Virus record (IMG/VR): IMGVR_UViG_3300034945_000013 | Location: 1-51,509 of that record | From: a virus | Taxonomy: Duplodnaviria; Caudoviricetes | Strand: one strand, 5' to 3' | Length of the DNA stretch: 51,509 bases | In this document: positions 46,912 through 51,509 of the stretch, piece after piece | Layout: every line of letters starts with the position of its first letter | Position numbering within the stretch: position 1 is the first letter of the stretch | Program-made: the position numbers and the translations under genes | The notes under the pieces: generated by a model | The model's database searches: none | What the model was told of the DNA's origin: nothing | What the model saw: the letters and a program-made list of their open reading frames with translations, nothing else

Positions 46912-47123
46912 GTTACATCATCCTTTCACCAGCCTACGGGCGTGATTACAAATCCGCGAAAGCCGTGCTGGCAGATTTTGACGCCGACAAGGACTTCGTT
47001 GTGGGGTCTTTCGTTTCCAGGGGTCGAGTCGCGAACAAGGCACAGCTCGCTGGATATACTTGCGAAATTCGGTATAACCAGTTCCGCAATCTCACTGTTG
47101 TGAAAGTTGGAGGAATGAAATGA
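46908..47123 (+). CDS. Hypothetical protein (MSYIILSPAYGRDY...)
   Basis: ATGA coupling. Confidence 0.7.
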   Translation: MSYIILSPAYGRDYKSAKAVLADFDADKDFVVGSFVSRGRVANKAQLAGYTCEIRYNQFRNLTVVKVGGMK

Positions 47124-47503
47124 CCACGAAAGCAGCCGCAGCACTTTACGAAGCACAGCATGTTTACATGCACGAAGGTCGGCGCACAGCGATTTTCAAT
47201 CCGCACGACAAGCCTGTAGCCGAACTGCCAGTTATCTACGGTTTCAACAATGGCGGCGGCGGTGATTGGTGGTACGCACAGTTGATCGCTGAAGATGGCA
47301 CGGCTCTAGGTTTGCATATGTGCAGTTCAGAGGCATACATGCCAGCAGACCTTGGCGTACTTGAAGGAACGCGCCCAGATAGGCATGAAGAATTCCAGAA
47401 GCATTACCCCGACGGCTACCGCATGGAGTTCGTCAGCCGTGACGACGTTGATGGCCACGTCGCCCTGAATGCTGCGCTTGAACGCAACCGGAGCCAATCA
47501 TGA
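47120..47503 (+). CDS. Hypothetical protein
   Basis: RBS GGAGG; coupled. Confidence 0.75.
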   Translation: MTTKAAAALYEAQHVYMHEGRRTAIFNPHDKPVAELPVIYGFNNGGGGDWWYAQLIAEDGTALGLHMCSSEAYMPADLGVLEGTRPDRHEEFQKHYPDGYRMEFVSRDDVDGHVALNAALERNRSQS

Positions 47504-47913
47504 ACACAATCCCGTTAACATCCGTTTCCAACCTGCTGTTTACGCACATGGTGGCAGTGGCAAATCCAAAGGACGAGGATGCTTTGGTTAGTGCTTATCT
47601 TGTTGCAGCACACTTATGGGGCGACAAGTACATCGAAAAGTTGCTGTCCTTCGGGAGACAAAATGCACAAGAGAGGTTGGATGACGACATTATGATGTGC
47701 TGCATCATGATACTAGCAGGAGCGAAGGCTGGTGTCGAATCGTGGCAATTGTTGCTCGTGGTCACGGAATTAGTAGATTTGATACATCGGGACACGGGGC
47801 TATCTGTTCAAGCATTTTGTGATTTGATGGACAACCCTGATTTACCCACACTGCGTGAGAGGCTGGAGGCATTTTTGGTTGCTGTGAACACTCCTCAAGG
47901 GATGGTGCACTGA
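47500..47913 (+). CDS. Hypothetical protein
   Basis: Coupled ORF. Confidence 0.7.
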   Translation: MNTIPLTSVSNLLFTHMVAVANPKDEDALVSAYLVAAHLWGDKYIEKLLSFGRQNAQERLDDDIMMCCIMILAGAKAGVESWQLLLVVTELVDLIHRDTGLSVQAFCDLMDNPDLPTLRERLEAFLVAVNTPQGMVH

Positions 47914-48160
47914 TATGACTGAGAAACAATACAGGGCTCATTGTCGGGCCGCTCGCAACCAAAGGTGGGTGGCTGCAGCTGTGTGTTTGGCGGCTTTGAT
48001 TTTGGGGGGATTGACGCTATGAAAAAGAAAATCCAAACTCCGCTGCCAATGGCAACACCACGTATTCCTGAAAGTCAACGCACACGAAGCATGGCAGAGT
48101 ATATCAAACAGTTTGATATACTAAACCGCTTGAAGTCTTGCAATTACAAAAAGGGACCCT

Positions 48161-48385
48161 GTGATGTTAAAAGTTAAAGGCGATGGTATGCAGGCGAAGG
48201 TGGAGCATATCGGATCGGTGTTGCATTGTAACATTCCGCCGCCCAAGAAGATTGCTGCATTGGTAGCACTGGACAGCGTACGTTATATGCTGCAGATGAA
48301 TACGGACAAGCTGCTTGTAGATGGCAAGACAGTGACCAGCGATCAAGCATTAGAAGTTCTGCGCAGGTTCATTTTGACGAGATGA
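48161..48385 (+). CDS. Hypothetical protein
   Basis: ORF track. Confidence 0.55.
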   Translation: MMLKVKGDGMQAKVEHIGSVLHCNIPPPKKIAALVALDSVRYMLQMNTDKLLVDGKTVTSDQALEVLRRFILTR

Positions 48386-48545
48386 CCATGGACAAAACTA
48401 ACGAGATTCTTAAACCACCCCCAACTAGAGGGCCGGCTGTTGTGTCACAACTGACACCACAACAGAAGGCTGATGATTTTTTTGGTGTCAACCCCGGCGC
48501 ACAGATTGTGATAGTGGATGGGCGTAAATTCATAAGGAGCATGCC

Positions 48546-48734
48546 GTGACTGAATGCGACACGTTCGACGAGTGGAACTCCGTCCGCCTGCAGCTTGCCG
48601 GTGCCTGCCAGGCCCTTATATTTTGCCGTGACCGTGGTGAAGACTGGCGCGCACTGAACGAAGCCCGCGGCCTTGCCTTTGAAAACGGGATTGACTGCAT
48701 CAAGGCGGGGAAATATGAGGGGGCGACAGCATGA
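48546..48734 (+). CDS. Hypothetical protein
   Basis: RBS AAGGAG, GTG start. Confidence 0.6.
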   Translation: MTECDTFDEWNSVRLQLAGACQALIFCRDRGEDWRALNEARGLAFENGIDCIKAGKYEGATA

Positions 48735-48934
48735 AAGCCGCAATCGAAACCAGCAAGTACATCCACGTCAAAGTGCTGTCGGAATTCTGGCGCTCTAACG
48801 ATAGAGCCCACATGAATGATCTGTTGCACGGGTTCCTCATGTTAGTGACGATGAGAGATGAACCTGACGCTTACGATGAAATGGAGTTCCTGCGCGAGTT
48901 TTCGGCAGGTCATGACTTAGGTGAATGGCTATGA
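48731..48934 (+). CDS. Hypothetical protein
   Basis: Coupled ORF. Confidence 0.6.
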   Translation: MKAAIETSKYIHVKVLSEFWRSNDRAHMNDLLHGFLMLVTMRDEPDAYDEMEFLREFSAGHDLGEWL

Positions 48935-49061
48935 ACCTGACCATGAAACAGAAGAGCGCCCTACACCAAGCCGCTGAACGTGGCCTACGCCGTGAGCAGC
49001 CCATCCGGGGCGGGCGAATTGTGTTCGCGCTTGCCTTGATCGTTATTTTGTGGGTGATGTT

Positions 49062-49457
49062 ATGAACTCTAACGAATTCGAGCAACTGCTGGATCGCTAC
49101 TGGAACCTTGCCCACGCAGAAGGGTACACGGGCGTTAGTCGTGGCGATGAGGCTAACCAAGTCCTGCATCGGCTGCGCGAAATGCACAAGGGGCAGGGTG
49201 AGCCGGTTGGATTTATCACAACAGATCATGCGGGATGCGAGGTTTTCACAAAAACCAGATTCAAGCTGAGGGGGCACGAGCAATTCCCCGTATACACCTC
49301 CGCCCCAACCATCACGGAAGGCTATGTGCTGGTGCCGGTGGAGCCTACGCCTGAAATGTTGATGGCCGCTGGCGATGCTGTTCATCCAGCCGGGTATTGG
49401 GGAACTGCATACCGCGCAATGCTAGCCGCCGCACCCAAGCAAGGAGAGACAGCATGA
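49062..49457 (+). CDS. Modular accessory protein, paralogue A
   Basis: EFEQLL.RYW.LAHAEGYTG N-terminal domain; VPVEPTPEML motif. Confidence 0.75.
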   Translation: MNSNEFEQLLDRYWNLAHAEGYTGVSRGDEANQVLHRLREMHKGQGEPVGFITTDHAGCEVFTKTRFKLRGHEQFPVYTSAPTITEGYVLVPVEPTPEMLMAAGDAVHPAGYWGTAYRAMLAAAPKQGETA

Positions 49458-49825
49458 ACAGCGAATTCGAGCAACTGCTAGGTCGCTATTGGGAACTTGC
49501 CCACGCAGAAGGGTACACGGGCGTTAGCCGCGGCGATGAAGCAAACGAAGTCCTGCATCGGCTGCGCGAAATGCACAAGGGGCGGGGGGAGCCGGTGGCA
49601 GAGGTATCTGATTGGCCGAATGATCGCACCCCGATGGCCATACTGCCGCTGGTGGAGTGGGATAAATTGCCGGTCGGCACCAAGCTCTACACCTCCGCCC
49701 CAACCATCCCGGCTGCACTTGACGAGTTCCTGCAAAAGCGTGAGCAGGATTCATTCTCGTGCAAGCAGCTTGTAGCTGATCTTCGCGTTCTGCTCGCCGC
49801 CGCACCCAAAGGAGAGACAGCATGA
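49454..49825 (+). CDS. Modular accessory protein, paralogue B
   Basis: Same N-terminal domain; LPVGTKLYT motif. Confidence 0.75.
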   Translation: MNSEFEQLLGRYWELAHAEGYTGVSRGDEANEVLHRLREMHKGRGEPVAEVSDWPNDRTPMAILPLVEWDKLPVGTKLYTSAPTIPAALDEFLQKREQDSFSCKQLVADLRVLLAAAPKGETA

Positions 49826-50085
49826 GCGAGATTGAAACTGGTGGGCCTGCGTTTCCGGTCCCTGTAATTGCAGACCGAGAAGGAGTCATTCAACGAGCCG
49901 ATGCTTACGTTGATGTTGGCGGAATGACCCTGCGCGATTACTTCGCAGCCAAGGCGATGCAGGCGACGATTATTGCGGCTGGCTCATGGGGACCATGCAA
50001 CTTTCGTGATTTTGATGTTGATGCGGTGTCTGAATTCGCCCATCGGCAGGCCGACGCAATGCTGGCCGCAAGGAGCAAGCCATGA
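49822..50085 (+). CDS. Common phage small protein (GGPAFP...GMTLRDYFAAKAMQ family)
   Basis: Signature motifs GGPAFP, GMTLRDYFAAKAM and ADAMLAAR. Confidence 0.85.
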   Translation: MSEIETGGPAFPVPVIADREGVIQRADAYVDVGGMTLRDYFAAKAMQATIIAAGSWGPCNFRDFDVDAVSEFAHRQADAMLAARSKP

Positions 50086-50303
50086 GCCACAACTACTTTT
50101 CGCAAGTCGTAACCGACCGCTGGAACGAGGCTGTAGCCGATCCCACCGTTGACAAGTGGGTGTCCCTTAAAGACCTCACCCGGCGAATCATCGACCTGCT
50201 GCGCAAGGAATCGCCCGACTCGATCCTGATCCCGACTTGCGAGGGTGTGTACCGGGCTGCGGCCAACCATGTGATTTCACTTACCGAGGAGATGGCAGCA
50301 TGA
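50082..50303 (+). CDS. Hypothetical protein
   Basis: Coupled; RBS AAGGAG. Confidence 0.65.
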   Translation: MSHNYFSQVVTDRWNEAVADPTVDKWVSLKDLTRRIIDLLRKESPDSILIPTCEGVYRAAANHVISLTEEMAA

Positions 50304-50527
50304 ACATCATTTTTGATTATGGGCCGGATGAAACCGGACTAGGCCTAATCATCGTTGACAACAGGTTTTACGGTGTGCCAGCAAAAGCCGTTCTGCTGCT
50401 AGATAACGCTGTTCGGCAGCGCGATGAACTGCTGGCTGCGCTGGTTGAGATTCAGCAGGTTGCGTGTTCCGGTTCGCCTGAACTTGCCATTACAACAGCA
50501 GCAATTAAACGCATGGAGGCAGCATGA
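50300..50527 (+). CDS. Hypothetical protein (QRDELLAAL)
   Basis: ATGA coupling, start MNIIF. Confidence 0.65.
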   Translation: MNIIFDYGPDETGLGLIIVDNRFYGVPAKAVLLLDNAVRQRDELLAALVEIQQVACSGSPELAITTAAIKRMEAA

Positions 50528-50847
50528 AACCAAGCCGTGATGACGTGCTGAGGGTGGCGGCGGAATGTGGGATTGGAATAGTTGAAGACCGCAGCGAAGA
50601 ATATTGCATGGAGTATTACACAGCCACCGGAAACGCGCTTGAACGCTTCGCCGCTGCCATGTACGCAGCCGGTGCGGAAGATATGAGAGAGATGGCTGCG
50701 AAAGCTTGCCTTTTGGAGCGCGTCGATTCAGACGAGACTCAAGCAGACGAGGATGAAGCCTACAACATGGCATTGACGCACGCATTCAAAGCCATCCGCG
50801 CCCTACCCATCACCCCGACAAACACGGAAGGAGAGCAAGGTGATTGA
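50524..50847 (+). CDS. Hypothetical protein
   Basis: Coupled; LERFAA motif. Confidence 0.7.
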   Translation: MKPSRDDVLRVAAECGIGIVEDRSEEYCMEYYTATGNALERFAAAMYAAGAEDMREMAAKACLLERVDSDETQADEDEAYNMALTHAFKAIRALPITPTNTEGEQGD

Positions 50848-51196
50848 GTTTATCAGGAGCATGAAACGCAGTGCCGCCTTGTTACGCGATGGCGCAGGCA
50901 ATCGTGAAGATGCAGCAGACAACCTTGAGCGTGCAGCAATCAAACTCACCGCCCCGAATGAGCGGATCAGGAAACTGGAAGACAACCTGTACACGACCAC
51001 AGCGCATTACAAATGTGCAGCATTACATCGGGATCAGTTGATGGCGCTTCTCGCTGCGGAGCGCGAGGTATCGGACAAGATGGCGGCGGCGCTGAAGGTA
51101 GCGCAACTATACCTATACGCCAATCACCATTCGCACAATACGGTGAGCGCCGCCCTTGCCGAAGTAGCAGCCCTCAGAAAAGGAGAAAAAGCATGA
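50840..51196 (+). CDS. Hypothetical coiled-coil protein
   Basis: RBS AAGGAG. Confidence 0.65.
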   Translation: MIEFIRSMKRSAALLRDGAGNREDAADNLERAAIKLTAPNERIRKLEDNLYTTTAHYKCAALHRDQLMALLAAEREVSDKMAAALKVAQLYLYANHHSHNTVSAALAEVAALRKGEKA

Positions 51197-51279
51197 ACAC
51201 ACCTTTGTACTGCCCGCAGCAGGCAGCGTCTAGCGGTGGCAGCGGGTTCGATGACATGAATGACGATATTCCTTTTTAA
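51193..51279 (+). CDS. 28-aa micro-ORF consisting mostly of an SSB C-terminal acidic tip
   Basis: MNTPLYCPQQAASSGGSGFDDMNDDIPF; RBS AGGAGA; ATGA overlap. Confidence 0.55.
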   Translation: MNTPLYCPQQAASSGGSGFDDMNDDIPF

Positions 51280-51298
51280 TTGACACGAAAGGCTGCGA

Positions 51299-51509
51299 AT
51301 GAAAAATTGTTTGAACTGTAAGTATGAGCCGGATTGGTCAAAGCCAATTGGCGGTGAATACCCCAGGCGGAGCGGTGCCTGTAGATGGGAACTTGAAAAC
51401 CATCTACCAGATACGCCCGCAACGTATACGGTAACGCGCTCACACATTATTCGCCACAGTGACGATTCTGGAATCCCCATAAAGTGTAAGGCGTGGGTGC
51501 CCAACGCTT
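51299..51509 (+). CDS. Cys-containing protein spanning the contig junction, ending VPNA at an attC core (stop at 100-102)
   Basis: Manual translation MKNCLNCKYEPDW...CKAWVPNA. Confidence 0.7.
   Translation, partial: MKNCLNCKYEPDWSKPIGGEYPRRSGACRWELENHLPDTPATYTVTRSHIIRHSDDSGIPIKCKAWVPNA
51410..51507. repeat. Terminal direct repeat, right copy
   Basis: Identical to 1-98. Confidence 0.95.

Noticed and set aside
51013-51192. 88-aa ORF as a full SSB
   Set aside because: No OB-fold sequence and it overlaps the 50840 gene; only the last 28 codons have an RBS.
1-51509. Integrase, repressor, tRNA, CRISPR array or DGR reverse transcriptase
   Set aside because: None recognised by eye in the ORF track or sequence; absence needs confirming with HMM and tRNAscan searches.

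Overview
This window is an essentially complete tailed (siphovirus-like) phage genome of about 51.4 kb, read as a circular contig. Positions 1-98 recur at 51410-51507. The minus strand (about 4050-29900) carries packaging, head, tail and lysis genes. The plus strand (30638 to the end, wrapping to 3847) carries replication and accessory genes. Two features stand out. (1) There is a full 2-aminoadenine (Z-genome) module: purZ, a mazZ-like gene, datZ and a DpoZ-like family A polymerase. (2) There is an integron-type cassette array at about 51299-2500 across the origin. It has five complete attC sites plus truncated or terminal sites, every complete attC lies antisense to the small genes it separates, and I found no integrase gene. 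The two contig ends diverge just after the predicted attC crossover, which hints at ongoing cassette shuffling. Other oddities include a C5 methyltransferase split over overlapping frames, a 28-aa SSB-tail micro-ORF, repeated promoter/leader modules, an iteron-like region, a His-repeat virion protein and a metzincin-motif lipoprotein. All protein calls come from motif recognition by eye; no database search was run.
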